Origin: a virus
Lineage: Duplodnaviria; Caudoviricetes
Reading direction: 5' to 3' (one strand)
Virus record (IMG/VR): IMGVR_UViG_3300042987_000761
Coordinates: 1 to 56,544 of that record
Length of the DNA: 56,544 nucleotides
A program made the position numbers and the translations under genes. The notes under the pieces are model-generated. The model did not search any database, had not been told where the DNA came from, and was given only the letters and a program-made list of their open reading frames with translations. This document shows, piece by piece, positions 30,261 to 39,326 of this stretch (positions are counted from its first letter, which is position 1; each line of letters begins with the position of its first letter).

Positions 30261-31697
30261 TCAGATCGCGTATGGGTTAATACGGCGCGGTTGCGTGTCA
30301 TCGACGTACAAGTCGTCGTTATCCCGAGGCAGGTCAACCGTGATCAAACTCATATCACGCAAAAGGCGCAACGCCTGCGACGTGGTGTCTATTAAATCAT
30401 CCCTTTCGCTTTCTGGGAAGGAACATATCTGCGAGATGAGTTTTTCAGCCCAGTCCCGAGGCTGGCCTCGTTTGAGCGTCGATTCAGGCACGTAAACCCT
30501 GCCGCGCTCGATGATGTTGGCGATCAACGCCAGTCGCTGGGTCTTGTCCGCTCGACCGGGGTTGTACCCGCGAACAGGAATACCGGACCGCTGCAAGTCC
30601 TGAATGAGCGACAGCCCTGATGCCTTCTCTTCTATCAGCACCTGATCGACCTTCTTACCCGGATCACCATAAACCGAGTCGTACTCCTCGATCATTTTGC
30701 TCTTGAGGTCGGGGTAAATCATGAACTCTTCCCAGCAGTCGATCAGCATAACCGACATGGGCTTGTCATCCGATGGTCGAAACACGCCCCAGACCGAGCA
30801 TGCGGTCGGGTCATTGATCGTCTTGTCGGTGTAGGCGGGGTCGTACGACTGGAGGATGTAGACGAACTCGGGAAATGGCTTGTCCGCCGACCAGAGACGG
30901 AACCACTCGCGTTTAACGATACCGTAGTCTTCCGGATCGATAAGCTCGGCATATAGTTCCTGCCGCCCGAGACGCGTTCCCTCGTACTCGGAGATGATTT
31001 CGTCACGAAAGGTCGGCGCGAGATTCGCGAAGTTCTCGTGGGTGGTTCCCGTGGTCACGAGAGTACGTGGGTCGTCCACCAATTTGCGGATGATCGGAAT
31101 GGGCTTTGGCGTGGTGGTCACGCAGCCGCGAGGCTTCTGGCCGAGACGGAGACCGAACATCAGGTTCGACCACACCGAGTCCGGATTCTTGTATTTCGCA
31201 AGCTCGTCGCACCAGAACAAATCGTGCTGCGGACCACGCAGCGCTTCAGGGTCGGCGTCAGAATAGATGGTGGCGATCGCACCGTTTGGCCATTCTAGGC
31301 GGCGCTTAGATGGTACGAAATTCGGGCGGCAACTGGGGTGCGAAATGGCCAGAATGCCGGATTCACCCTCGACCATCACGTCACGAGCGTCGCCCGCGTC
31401 TTCGGCGATCAGCGCCACCCGACCTGCGAGACCGCGCTCGACATGCCAACGGACGAATTCGGCACCACAGCGCGTTTTGCCCCAGCCGCGACCGGCCAGA
31501 ATCATCCAGATGGTCCACCAGTCCTCTTCGACCGGCACCTGCTGATTAGCCCGACCCCACGTGTGCCAGTCGTAAAATAGCTCTATCGCTTCCTGATCGG
31601 AGAGTTCAGACACGAACTCGTCAAGGTTCGACGGGTCAATTATCGTCTGAGGCTTCTGCCTTTGCTTTCGCCCGGAGCCGCTCTGCAAGTTTGTCAC
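30261..31697 (-). CDS. terL: Terminase large subunit
   Basis: Walker A AGRGWGKT, LRGPQ...DELA, TTTPK, nuclease QSYDPA and DDLIDT. Confidence 0.95.
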   Translation of the reverse strand: MTNLQSGSGRKQRQKPQTIIDPSNLDEFVSELSDQEAIELFYDWHTWGRANQQVPVEEDWWTIWMILAGRGWGKTRCGAEFVRWHVERGLAGRVALIAEDAGDARDVMVEGESGILAISHPSCRPNFVPSKRRLEWPNGAIATIYSDADPEALRGPQHDLFWCDELAKYKNPDSVWSNLMFGLRLGQKPRGCVTTTPKPIPIIRKLVDDPRTLVTTGTTHENFANLAPTFRDEIISEYEGTRLGRQELYAELIDPEDYGIVKREWFRLWSADKPFPEFVYILQSYDPAYTDKTINDPTACSVWGVFRPSDDKPMSVMLIDCWEEFMIYPDLKSKMIEEYDSVYGDPGKKVDQVLIEEKASGLSLIQDLQRSGIPVRGYNPGRADKTQRLALIANIIERGRVYVPESTLKRGQPRDWAEKLISQICSFPESERDDLIDTTSQALRLLRDMSLITVDLPRDNDDLYVDDTQPRRINPYAI

Positions 31698-32313
31698 GCA
31701 GTCCCTCTATATTGACGTTAGAGTCGATCGACCCTGAGTGATTTAGTGCGATTTCCTGCTTGCGGAATTTCGCATCGTAGCCCATAAGCGTGAACTGCAA
31801 AAGGGTATCCGAAAATTTCTTGACCGTTTCGCCGGTCTTCATGCCTTGGTGCACCAGAGGCTCGTCGTGACCGACCACCGCGCGTCGGTAGGCTTCGTTC
31901 CTGATCGTCTCGACCATTTCGGCCTGAACCGACTCGATACATGATGAAAACAGCGGGTAAATTTCGCGCCACTTAATAACGGTCATCGCGGAGACACCGA
32001 CCCGCTTGTATGCGCCACTCAGCGAATAATGGTACTCGCCTTTGTCATTGTCACCCCGATAATACGACAAAATCTGCAGCATCAGCCATGCGCGGGTTTC
32101 CTCACGGCGCTTGAGGTCGCCCTCTGCGCGGACCGTCGGATCGACGCACGACACCGAATTAGGCGAGTTTGACGAGTTACCCTCGGCTAAACGCTCACGA
32201 CCGGCTACGATGTCGGCCAGCAGTTCACCGAGCGTACAACCGGCGCGAGCCTCGTGAAAGGCAACCGTGTCGGCACCCAACTGCTCAAACGTGATCAAAT
32301 CGTACTTGGCCAT
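31636..32313 (-). CDS. terS: Terminase small subunit
   Basis: HTH-like GAYKRVGVS..TVIKWR, AYRRAVVG, FSDTLLQF; directly upstream of terL. Confidence 0.8.
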   Translation of the reverse strand: MAKYDLITFEQLGADTVAFHEARAGCTLGELLADIVAGRERLAEGNSSNSPNSVSCVDPTVRAEGDLKRREETRAWLMLQILSYYRGDNDKGEYHYSLSGAYKRVGVSAMTVIKWREIYPLFSSCIESVQAEMVETIRNEAYRRAVVGHDEPLVHQGMKTGETVKKFSDTLLQFTLMGYDAKFRKQEIALNHSGSIDSNVNIEGLRDKLAERLRAKAKAEASDDN

Positions 32314-32469
32314 GGCGCGAATTAAAACACCACAAATTTCACCCGTCAATTATCCACTCTACAACACCGAGCTTGTATCCGGCAGGTGGAACAACCATTC
32401 ACGTCGTTTATAATGCTGCGCCGCATATATTCACGTCGTTTATAGAACTTATCACTTTGATAACGATTT

Positions 32470-32754
32470 TGTATCCGTTGTATCCGTATTATCAGCTTAC
32501 TAACGGATACAGAAAGTTAGTGACCGCTAACTCCAAGCGCGAAGCCACACACGTACGTGAGAAGCACCCCGATTGTTTGTATCCGTTGTATCCGCCGTTC
32601 TGTCGTCTAGAACTTTCCTGTCGCAAGCTTGCGACAAGAATTTGACCCGCGCGTGTGCGGATACAACGGATACAGAACCCCGTTTTTTCGACTGGGAGAG
32701 GGTGTTCCATGAGGTGTTCCATGAGGGGGGTCTGGACCGGATACAGCGGATACA
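32470..32754. repeat. Non-coding element A: iterated TGTATCCG/CGGATACA octamers around a perfect palindrome TGTCGCAAGCTTGCGACA (32619-32636)
   Basis: Octamers at 32470, 32479, 32504, 32578, 32587, 32658, 32667, 32738, 32747 (plus 32373); 12-bp direct repeat ggtgttccatga at 32701 and 32713; inverted homologue of 51049-51329. Confidence 0.92.
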
Positions 32755-32826
32755 GACCTCTTTGAACTTCTGGTGCGCCGCAACAAGACCTTCGATGCGG
32801 ACCCGGTGCTGCAGGGTGTTTGTATT

Positions 32827-33261
32827 CTACCGTGCTCTGAGCAGCGCGTCAATGATGTCTAAATCACTCGCCTTTTGCAGGTCTACCGCTACCGCCGCCA
32901 TCCTGAATTCCGGAGCCGCCATTCCTTCGAACAGCGCCAGCGCCAGTCTCGACGGGAACACGTACATCATATCTTGGTGCTGTACGGCAATCCATGATTT
33001 GGTGCCAAATTCGCGTCGGGTCCAGTGCCAGTTCGCTTGCCACGCCGTGTAGTGCGGCACCTTTACTACGGTCTTGTTCCATTTCGGAAACTCCGGCAGC
33101 ACCTTGAGTTCGATCCAGCCGTGAAGCTGCGGAGACACGCCGAAATACACATCCGGCATGCCTTGCAGCAGCTTATTCTCTACTCGATCTGCTCGCCAGC
33201 GGGTACCCATCACCTTACACAGCCGATCCCACAACGCTTGTTCCGGTTTCCTCATACCCAC
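32827..33261 (-). CDS. PD-(D/E)XK nuclease (VRR-NUC / Holliday junction resolvase-like)
   Basis: E...RVEN..GMPD...WIELK...Q..W. Confidence 0.8.
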   Translation of the reverse strand: MGMRKPEQALWDRLCKVMGTRWRADRVENKLLQGMPDVYFGVSPQLHGWIELKVLPEFPKWNKTVVKVPHYTAWQANWHWTRREFGTKSWIAVQHQDMMYVFPSRLALALFEGMAAPEFRMAAVAVDLQKASDLDIIDALLRAR

Positions 33262-33307
33262 GGGAGCCTCTCCTTGGTACTTTCCTTGCCTTTAGGCATT
33301 GGGGTAG

Positions 33308-33595
33308 CTATATTAGTAGCTGGTAACTATCCAGAAGCGCTTTTCGGGCCTCTTCTGGCGTCCTTCCAGCCTTGAATGGTGACTGCCTATCACCTTTATA
33401 ATCCACAAAATACGCCAAGCTGACGTGTGGTTCTTGGTCTATTTTAACATCCACGCCCGAGGTCTGCTCGATCGCCTCGCAGTCCGGGCATTGCAAAAGG
33501 CTCCCATCGGAGGAGGGGTCGCCGACCCGCTGGACCTCCTCGTCCCAACAGATCGACCCGCATTCGAGGCACTTTGAGAATTCGAACTTATGCAT
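33308..33595 (-). CDS. Zn-ribbon protein
   Basis: CLEC...CPDC; start MHKF after GGAG. Confidence 0.65.
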   Translation of the reverse strand: MHKFEFSKCLECGSICWDEEVQRVGDPSSDGSLLQCPDCEAIEQTSGVDVKIDQEPHVSLAYFVDYKGDRQSPFKAGRTPEEARKALLDSYQLLI

Positions 33596-33605
33596 TTTGC
33601 TCTCC

Positions 33606-34460
33606 TCACCAGCCATATCGTCCGGCACAGATTGGGCCGATCCCGCGTTCGATGCTTTCTTTGTTCGTCAGCTTTGCTCCGCAGCAGGAGCAGACTCCGG
33701 TGCGCATGCCAAATGCCACAGCCGCCATCTTCGGATCTGATGCCACCTGCAATACCTGCTGCTCAGTGGTGTCGTCGCATTCGCGGACCTTGAAGAATCG
33801 GCCAGCGGATATCTTACCCAAATATTGATCGCCGGATTTCACGTAGATCGCACCCGCATTCTTCGATGCGTCGGATGCCGGGGAGAAGATGAAGTCGGCC
33901 AGCCGGAGCTTCGGGAATTTCAGGCCTGATGATTTCGCATTGGCGAATGCGGTCTCGATGGTGGTGATATCGACCGAAGGGGCGGAGGCTTGGCGCTCGG
34001 CTCGCTCGGATTCGATGCGGATTTTGCGCTCGGCGGATTGCGCGGTCAGGCGCTGGACGGTAGCCATCTGCTTCTCGGTCAGGGAGCCGAATTTATACAG
34101 CGCCACCAGCATCGATTGAGCGAATTCGAATGTGGGTGCGGATTCGTTCATCCACTTGAATTCCGCAGGGAAAGAATCGGTCCACTGGATGACCTGCTGC
34201 GCGAGCACCTCGGCGGCGGCTTCCTTGCGACGGGCTGCGCTGGCCTTCGCTTTGGCGCGATGCTCAGGCGACGTCTTGAATTCATGCTTGCCCTGGCCAT
34301 CGCATGCGAAGCATTTGGCTGATCGGACGTATGTGTATCCGATCGTGACGATGCCTTTGCCGCCACATTTCTTGCATGGCTCGGTGAACACTGTCCGACC
34401 TTCCTTGATGGGCGTCGCGGTGAGCGGTGTATCTAGATCGTCGAATGTGATGGTATTCAT
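33606..34460 (-). CDS. DUF6011-like protein with N-terminal DnaJ-type zinc motifs
   Basis: CKKCGGKG, CFACDGQG, C-terminal CSCCGAKLTNKESIERGIGPICA. Confidence 0.8.
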   Translation of the reverse strand: MNTITFDDLDTPLTATPIKEGRTVFTEPCKKCGGKGIVTIGYTYVRSAKCFACDGQGKHEFKTSPEHRAKAKASAARRKEAAAEVLAQQVIQWTDSFPAEFKWMNESAPTFEFAQSMLVALYKFGSLTEKQMATVQRLTAQSAERKIRIESERAERQASAPSVDITTIETAFANAKSSGLKFPKLRLADFIFSPASDASKNAGAIYVKSGDQYLGKISAGRFFKVRECDDTTEQQVLQVASDPKMAAVAFGMRTGVCSCCGAKLTNKESIERGIGPICAGRYGW

Positions 34461-34482
34461 GGTCGGTCTCCTCTATCGTCTA

Positions 34483-34803
34483 TCAGGCGGTGGCTTGGGA
34501 TTGGGCGATGAATGCTTGGGCTTGCTTGATGCGGCGGTCGAGGCCCCACATCGCGATCATGAGGTCGCCGCGCTTGACTGCCTTCTCTGCGCACATTTTG
34601 TACAGCATCAGCTGATATTCGGAATCGAATATGGAATGAGAAAAATCCGCATCGCGCCCGTTCGCTACTATCTCCTCGCGCAACCTGAGGTATTTGGCCA
34701 CCATGCCATTCGGGTTGAATGCGTGGAATTGTGCCCTCTGGCGATTGGTCCAGCTGGACTTGGTGCAGGTCGCGATTTCGGTCACTGTCTTGAGCTTTGC
34801 CAT
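34483..34803 (-). CDS. Early hypothetical protein
   Basis: ATG preceded by the conserved ATAGACGATAGAGGAG box. Confidence 0.75.
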   Translation of the reverse strand: MAKLKTVTEIATCTKSSWTNRQRAQFHAFNPNGMVAKYLRLREEIVANGRDADFSHSIFDSEYQLMLYKMCAEKAVKRGDLMIAMWGLDRRIKQAQAFIAQSQATA

Positions 34804-34825
34804 TTTGCTTCTCCTCTATCGTCTA

Positions 34826-35014
34826 TTAGATGGTACCTGCGTTGATGTCGTCGTGACCGAATGTGGTGCGAGCGATATCAGCGGCTATATCCACACCCTC
34901 GGTCAGCAGCGAATCGGTCCAAGCTGGCGATTGCCCCAATTCGAGCGTGTCGATCACGTCATCGGTCACATCGATCGTCTGGCCGGTGGTATTGTCGATT
35001 ATCACGAATTTCAT
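34826..35014 (-). CDS. Early hypothetical protein
   Basis: First gene after the promoter at 35062-35090; conserved RBS box. Confidence 0.7.
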   Translation of the reverse strand: MKFVIIDNTTGQTIDVTDDVIDTLELGQSPAWTDSLLTEGVDIAADIARTTFGHDDINAGTI

Positions 35015-35061
35015 TTTGCTTCTCCTCTATCGTCTATCCGGTGAAATCCACCGTGAGACAA

Positions 35062-35090
35062 ATTATACCACCACTGGAGTAATCTGTCAA
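35062..35090 (-). promoter_or_regulatory. Consensus sigma70 promoter
   Basis: TTGACA-17 nt-TATAAT with TG extension. Confidence 0.9.
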
Positions 35091-35107
35091 TATATTTCTT
35101 TGCATTA

Positions 35108-35332
35108 TCAGGACAATAATGGGTCAGGCTCGGCCAGCATGCGCTTAATCTCGTGAATCGGAAGTCCGGTGGCGTCGTGGACGCGCAGGATCCATTCGGG
35201 TCCAAAAGCGATGGTGCCGTTACGCAGCTTGCAGATATTCGGGGGTAGCACTCCGAGTGCCAGCGCCAATCGGCGGTCGTTCTTGAGCCGGTAGCGGCGC
35301 TTGAGGTAATTTAGGACTGAGGCGGTAGACAT
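35108..35332 (-). CDS. XRE/Cro-like HTH regulator
   Basis: LKNDRRLALALGVLPPNICKLRNG. Confidence 0.75.
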   Translation of the reverse strand: MSTASVLNYLKRRYRLKNDRRLALALGVLPPNICKLRNGTIAFGPEWILRVHDATGLPIHEIKRMLAEPDPLLS

Positions 35333-35554
35333 CTACGCATTTCCGAATGGTTCGTGGACCATCTCCTCACCACCGAGGATCAGGACCGACATTTCGAGTT
35401 CACCGATCATCTCGTGGTAGAGTCGATCCAGTTCGGCGAGGGTGGTATTTTGCACGGGTCGGAGGCTCTCGTCGATCGCGCAGTCGTACTTCTGGACTGC
35501 CGCCACCAGTGCTCGTAGCTGCCAACGATATGGATTGTCGCGGAATGTGGTCAT
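35333..35554 (-). CDS. Hypothetical protein
   Basis: 73 aa, tiles with neighbours. Confidence 0.55.
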   Translation of the reverse strand: MTTFRDNPYRWQLRALVAAVQKYDCAIDESLRPVQNTTLAELDRLYHEMIGELEMSVLILGGEEMVHEPFGNA

Positions 35555-35671
35555 GGGTCGTCTCTCGAAGTATCAACGCGTATATTAGAACACCGGCCAC
35601 GCCGATGAACAACCCAATGCCGATCAGCCCTCCGGCCAGCATCAGCATGAATTCAGCAAGTACATACGCGT

Positions 35672-35935
35672 TCATATGACCACCTTATTTCGTATAGCGG
35701 CAGCGATCGCCAACGTTCCATACCCTTCGATTCCCATCTGTTCGACCAATGTTGCGTTAAGCTCCCGCGCTACATGAAATCCTTCCCTGTAGCCTTCGTA
35801 GTGCGCGAGCCACTTGCCATTCAATGCGTCTTCACTCATCGGGTCTACTTCACCGCTCTTCATGCCTTCGATGTACGCGTCTTTGCGGTTAGTAGCGAAT
35901 GCTGCAGCCAGTAGGTGTAGATCATCGTCATCCAC
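35672..35935 (-). CDS. Hypothetical protein
   Basis: GYGTLAIAAAIR ending, common in small phage genes. Confidence 0.65.
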   Translation of the reverse strand: MDDDDLHLLAAAFATNRKDAYIEGMKSGEVDPMSEDALNGKWLAHYEGYREGFHVARELNATLVEQMGIEGYGTLAIAAAIRNKVVI

Positions 35936-36242
35936 TGTTCTTCTCCTTTAGCTTGGCTTCGATGGCGCGACCGAGGCTGTACTTCTTTCCTTCGTGGCTT
36001 TGCCCATAGATCATCATCATCTCCTCATCCGTCAACCCTTGCCATTCGCGCTGTAATCTACCTTTCTCATACCCCTGCGCCCAAGCGTTACTCACCTCGT
36101 GCTTCCACCATTGCTCTGAGCGTTGCTCTGGCTGCGCTAGTCGGGCGCGTAGGGATTCGATTGTGTCGCTGTAAATTTCTTTAGCATCACCCACATATGT
36201 CAACGCATACAGCGCCTCTTGCATTAGCTCTTTGTCGGTCAT
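35928..36242 (-). CDS. Hypothetical protein (WQGLTDEE...AIEAKLKEKN family)
   Basis: Recurrent small phage early-gene motif. Confidence 0.75.
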   Translation of the reverse strand: MTDKELMQEALYALTYVGDAKEIYSDTIESLRARLAQPEQRSEQWWKHEVSNAWAQGYEKGRLQREWQGLTDEEMMMIYGQSHEGKKYSLGRAIEAKLKEKNSG

Positions 36243-36448
36243 GACGCACCCCTCTCGCGGATAGCAGAAGCGCAGTCTGCTGGATTCGCGTCAGCGTACT
36301 CATCGCCTAATCTGTCACAGACTGCTGCACACGCCTCGCGCTCCGCTTCTGCTACCAGCTTGGCAAAGCGTTCAAGACTAGGGTGTGAATAGTCATACAT
36401 CACCAGCCCAGCTTCCCGCGCCATGCGGACAATGTCATCTCTAGTCAT
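36239..36448 (-). CDS. Hypothetical protein (AEREACA family)
   Basis: LERFAKLVAEAEREACA motif. Confidence 0.75.
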   Translation of the reverse strand: MTRDDIVRMAREAGLVMYDYSHPSLERFAKLVAEAEREACAAVCDRLGDEYADANPADCASAIRERGAS

Positions 36449-36638
36449 AGTGACCCCGAGGTGAAAATTTTACATCGCGCTTGGCGCTCATGTATTGACT
36501 GATGGTCTTACGTTCAAGGCATGGCTTGCACACCCAACGGGGTACGCCTCGGGTCGGTTTGACAACGCCACCTTCAGTAGATCGGACCGCTTGGCAGGAC
36601 GTGCAGAATCGGGTTTCAACGGTGGTGTCGGTCGTCAT
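36441..36638 (-). CDS. Small Zn-finger protein
   Basis: FCTSC...WVCKPC. Confidence 0.7.
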   Translation of the reverse strand: MTTDTTVETRFCTSCQAVRSTEGGVVKPTRGVPRWVCKPCLERKTISQYMSAKRDVKFSPRGHYD

Positions 36639-36774
36639 ATGCGTCTTTCAGTAAGATGTAAGATATTCCGGCCATGCACATCAGCCAGAACCATTCGCTC
36701 GATTCGAGCGCCAGATAGAATCCGGCAGCGGATACCGCAGATGCGATGAACATATCCCAGTCCTCCATGCTCAT
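36616..36774 (-). CDS. Small membrane protein (52 aa, below track threshold)
   Basis: MSMEDWDMFIASAVSAAGFYLALESSEWFWLMCMAGISYILL...; fills the gap with an ATGA overlap. Confidence 0.5.
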   Translation of the reverse strand: MSMEDWDMFIASAVSAAGFYLALESSEWFWLMCMAGISYILLKDAYDDRHHR

Positions 36775-37127
36775 TCGAGATTCATCTTTTTGATCGCATT
36801 TCGCACCCGCATGACCCCGACGCCCTTATTCGGCGCGTCCAAGTACAGCGAGTGCGATAGGCCGTACCGATCGCACAGGACCGAGGGTGGCTCGGACGGA
36901 CCGGAAGGTACCTTCGTGGCCTTCGGCTCCACGGCGGGTACTGATGTATTCACCCGACCCGTCACGCGTCCCGCAGATACCGTCACGCCGCTCTTGGTGG
37001 TATACGACGTGTTCATCTTCTCGCCGTGCGGAGGCTTGGCCCACCACGGCACGTAATTCGGGTCGTTGAATGACCGGGGCTGGTGCTCCAGCAGCACCTG
37101 CTCGACGATTTCCTGATCAGTCGCCAT
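36771..37127 (-). CDS. Hypothetical protein
   Basis: Probable start MATDQ; C-terminal APNKGVGVMRVRNAI. Confidence 0.55.
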   Translation of the reverse strand: MATDQEIVEQVLLEHQPRSFNDPNYVPWWAKPPHGEKMNTSYTTKSGVTVSAGRVTGRVNTSVPAVEPKATKVPSGPSEPPSVLCDRYGLSHSLYLDAPNKGVGVMRVRNAIKKMNLE

Positions 37128-37314
37128 TGACGATGGCCTCCAATGCCTTGAATAGTTCCATGTCCGAGATGGGTGGTTTACCCTCGGGCTGCTCGAATGA
37201 CGCCTGTAGGCCCCGCTCATTTCGCAGCGCCCAGAATTTCACGATGAAGCGGCCATTGAATAACATCTCGCCGCTGAATTCACCATCAAAGATTCGGATT
37301 TTAGTCATCGCCAT
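37117..37314 (-). CDS. Hypothetical protein
   Basis: Probable start MAMTKIRIFDG after GGGAG. Confidence 0.55.
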   Translation of the reverse strand: MAMTKIRIFDGEFSGEMLFNGRFIVKFWALRNERGLQASFEQPEGKPPISDMELFKALEAIVNGD

Positions 37315-37510
37315 ACTCCCGCTCATATTGGTCCCATGCAAGGTCTGCTGCAGCCGCTTCATGTCTCGCCCAAGCCGAATCCAGCGCCATCTCGCGCAGG
37401 ACCCGACGCGCATCGGCTTCAGAGTCGAATGTCCAGTCGCCATTCATGTGAATGGTGGCATGAGTGATCTGGAATCGACCTTCGGGGGTGGTGATTACGG
37501 AATAAGTCAT
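37301..37510 (-). CDS. Early hypothetical protein
   Basis: Follows the promoter at 37559 and a conserved RBS box. Confidence 0.7.
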   Translation of the reverse strand: MTYSVITTPEGRFQITHATIHMNGDWTFDSEADARRVLREMALDSAWARHEAAAADLAWDQYEREYGDD

Positions 37511-37558
37511 TGAAAATCTCCTCTATCATCTATGGGGTGCCGGATCGCCAGCACCCCT

Positions 37559-37587
37559 ATTATAGCACGGGTGTAGTATTTTGTCAA
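37559..37587 (-). promoter_or_regulatory. Consensus sigma70 promoter
   Basis: TTGACA-17 nt-TATAAT with TG extension. Confidence 0.9.
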
Positions 37588-38054
37588 GCACCACGGAGAG
37601 CCTTGCGGATCATATTGCCGAGATTCATGCGCTGCATGCCGACATTCAGACCCTCATATTTCGCCTTCAGCGCGGTCGGCTTGATGTCCACCAGCTTGGC
37701 CGCGAATGCGTATACCTCGTCGATCGTCATGGCGCGGAGCTTGGCCGCGACTTCATCGCCGCAATCCAGTGCTCGCTTGAGCGATCCATCGGCGCGGGTC
37801 ACGCGGTTCGCCACATATTGCGGCAGGTAGAGGGAATCGACCACGCCATTCTTGCGCTCATTGATGTCGATCACCTTGCGAGCTTTCGGCTCGGCCTTCT
37901 TAACCGGCAGCGCTGCTGCCTCATGGACGTCGGTCACTTCGGTGCTTCGCACAGATACCTCCTTTTTGTCGTGCTGGCGGATGCGGACCCAGCCACGCGA
38001 TACTGTCAGGATTTCAACTGCTTTGCCGGTCTTGGTGTAGGTAGCGATTTGCAT
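37584..38054 (-). CDS. Early hypothetical protein
   Basis: 156 aa; DCGDEVA...LNVGMQRMNLGN; conserved RBS box. Confidence 0.75.
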   Translation of the reverse strand: MQIATYTKTGKAVEILTVSRGWVRIRQHDKKEVSVRSTEVTDVHEAAALPVKKAEPKARKVIDINERKNGVVDSLYLPQYVANRVTRADGSLKRALDCGDEVAAKLRAMTIDEVYAFAAKLVDIKPTALKAKYEGLNVGMQRMNLGNMIRKALRGA

Positions 38055-38101
38055 TTTGTTTCTCCTCTATCATCTATGCTGGGAAAATCCCCAGTAACTA
38101 T

Positions 38102-38130
38102 ATTATACCACGGGTACGATACTTTGTCAA
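38102..38130 (-). promoter_or_regulatory. Consensus sigma70 promoter
   Basis: TTGACA aagtatcgtacccgtgg TATAAT. Confidence 0.9.
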
Positions 38131-38366
38131 GTATTTGCGTGAGACTGTTGTTTCGGTGCAACAAGCGGGTCGAATTGAAATTCGCACATTTTGCCGAGTC
38201 TCGCCGCCGATCCCTCGCCGAACCACTCGTCGTAGTACCGCTCGACCATCGCAAGCGACATACGACTGAAATCCGGAAATTCGACATCGGGAGACGTATC
38301 TTCGATTTCCATCTCCATGATCCGCTTTTCCATCCACACGCGACGCATTTTTCTGGACATTCCCAT
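38127..38366 (-). CDS. Hypothetical protein
   Basis: Start MGMSRK after TAGACGATAGAGG. Confidence 0.55.
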   Translation of the reverse strand: MGMSRKMRRVWMEKRIMEMEIEDTSPDVEFPDFSRMSLAMVERYYDEWFGEGSAARLGKMCEFQFDPLVAPKQQSHANT

Positions 38367-38395
38367 TTCATCACCTCTATCGTCTAAAATGTCAT

Positions 38396-38722
38396 TCATT
38401 TGCGATTCTGCCACGCTTTTTTGATGGCTTCCCACACCCCGGCCCATCCGACCGGCTCCACCTTCTGTATCGGCTCCGGATCGGCTGATCGGACCCCGAC
38501 GATTTCGCCGTACTTGATCTGCGGCACGAATGCGGTGGTCTTGGCCGCGATCGTCTCTTTACGCTTCTTCGACGCCGCTTTACGCTTTTTCTTGCCCACA
38601 ACCCACCGGGCGGTGTATACCTGCTGGCGGGTCAAGCCAAGTGCCTCGGCGACCACTTTCGATGGCGCTTTGGGATTCGCTTCGAGGTACGTTCGTACTC
38701 GATTGGTGATAGATGTCTTCAT
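38396..38722 (-). CDS. HTH DNA-binding protein
   Basis: PSKVVAEALGLTRQQVYTAR, basic linker. Confidence 0.7.
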   Translation of the reverse strand: MKTSITNRVRTYLEANPKAPSKVVAEALGLTRQQVYTARWVVGKKKRKAASKKRKETIAAKTTAFVPQIKYGEIVGVRSADPEPIQKVEPVGWAGVWEAIKKAWQNRK

Positions 38723-38723
38723 G

Positions 38724-38966
38724 TCAGTCCTTCACGAAATAGAGGACGCAGACCGTGATCACGGACAGGATGATTCCCCATTCGAGGACTTCGATCCAGA
38801 TGTTGTGTCGCAGTGGCTGATCCTTCGGCAGCAGCACCCCTTGAATCATTCGCTCGTCATCGGACGGTACGAATCGAGGCTGCTCATATCGGATGCCGAT
38901 CTTGATTTTGCCCGTGTCGTACGGTACCAGCTTCGGCGTGTTGGTGGTGAAGTGTTCGTCGTTCAT
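38724..38966 (-). CDS. Small membrane protein
   Basis: PYDTGKIKIGIRYE, C-terminal TM. Confidence 0.7.
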   Translation of the reverse strand: MNDEHFTTNTPKLVPYDTGKIKIGIRYEQPRFVPSDDERMIQGVLLPKDQPLRHNIWIEVLEWGIILSVITVCVLYFVKD

Positions 38967-39250
38967 CAGACTAGCTCCATCGTCTTGATATTCATCTGCT
39001 CAGATGGCTTCATGAATTCCGGTAGCTTCTTCGGTCCGATGAATGCACGGACCTTTTCGGAATCCAGTATCATCTTGCTGGTGAAGGTAATCTCCACCGC
39101 GCAGTTCTTCGATGAGTAGGTGGCGGCACCACCCTCGCGGAACATCTCCTTCAGCTCCTTCTCGCGAGCGGTCAAGGCGCGTAGCTTCTCGCGCACGGTG
39201 ACCAATTCATCGACCATATCTTCGGTGATCACTACTTTAGACTTTGCCAT
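38966..39250 (-). CDS. Hypothetical protein
   Basis: First gene after the promoter at 39294. Confidence 0.7.
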   Translation of the reverse strand: MAKSKVVITEDMVDELVTVREKLRALTAREKELKEMFREGGAATYSSKNCAVEITFTSKMILDSEKVRAFIGPKKLPEFMKPSEQMNIKTMELV

Positions 39251-39293
39251 TTTACCCTCTATTCGCTATGTTCGGGAAGTCCCCGTGATATGA

Positions 39294-39322
39294 ATTATAC
39301 CACGGGTACCATACCTTGTCAA
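39294..39322 (-). promoter_or_regulatory. Consensus sigma70 promoter
   Basis: TTGACA aggtatggtacccgtgg TATAAT. Confidence 0.9.
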
Positions 39323-39326
39323 GTAT

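Noticed and set aside
31636-31697. terS/terL overlap as a programmed frameshift
   Set aside because: The GTG at 31697 has a plausible GAGG RBS and no clear slippery site was seen
32619-32636. Protelomerase (telRL) site
   Set aside because: The perfect palindrome is short, present twice, and no protelomerase or tyrosine-recombinase gene was recognised
32470-32754. Possible CRISPR mini-array
   Set aside because: Repeats are only 8-9 bp, in both orientations and irregularly spaced; no cas genes
32373-33052. Short ORFs over element A, and 50963-51508 over element B
   Set aside because: They translate the DNA repeats (YPLYP, RIQRIQ), have no clear RBS and occur in several frames; the regions are better read as non-coding
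35108-35332. HTH gene as evidence of lysogeny
   Set aside because: No integrase, partition genes or divergent switch were found
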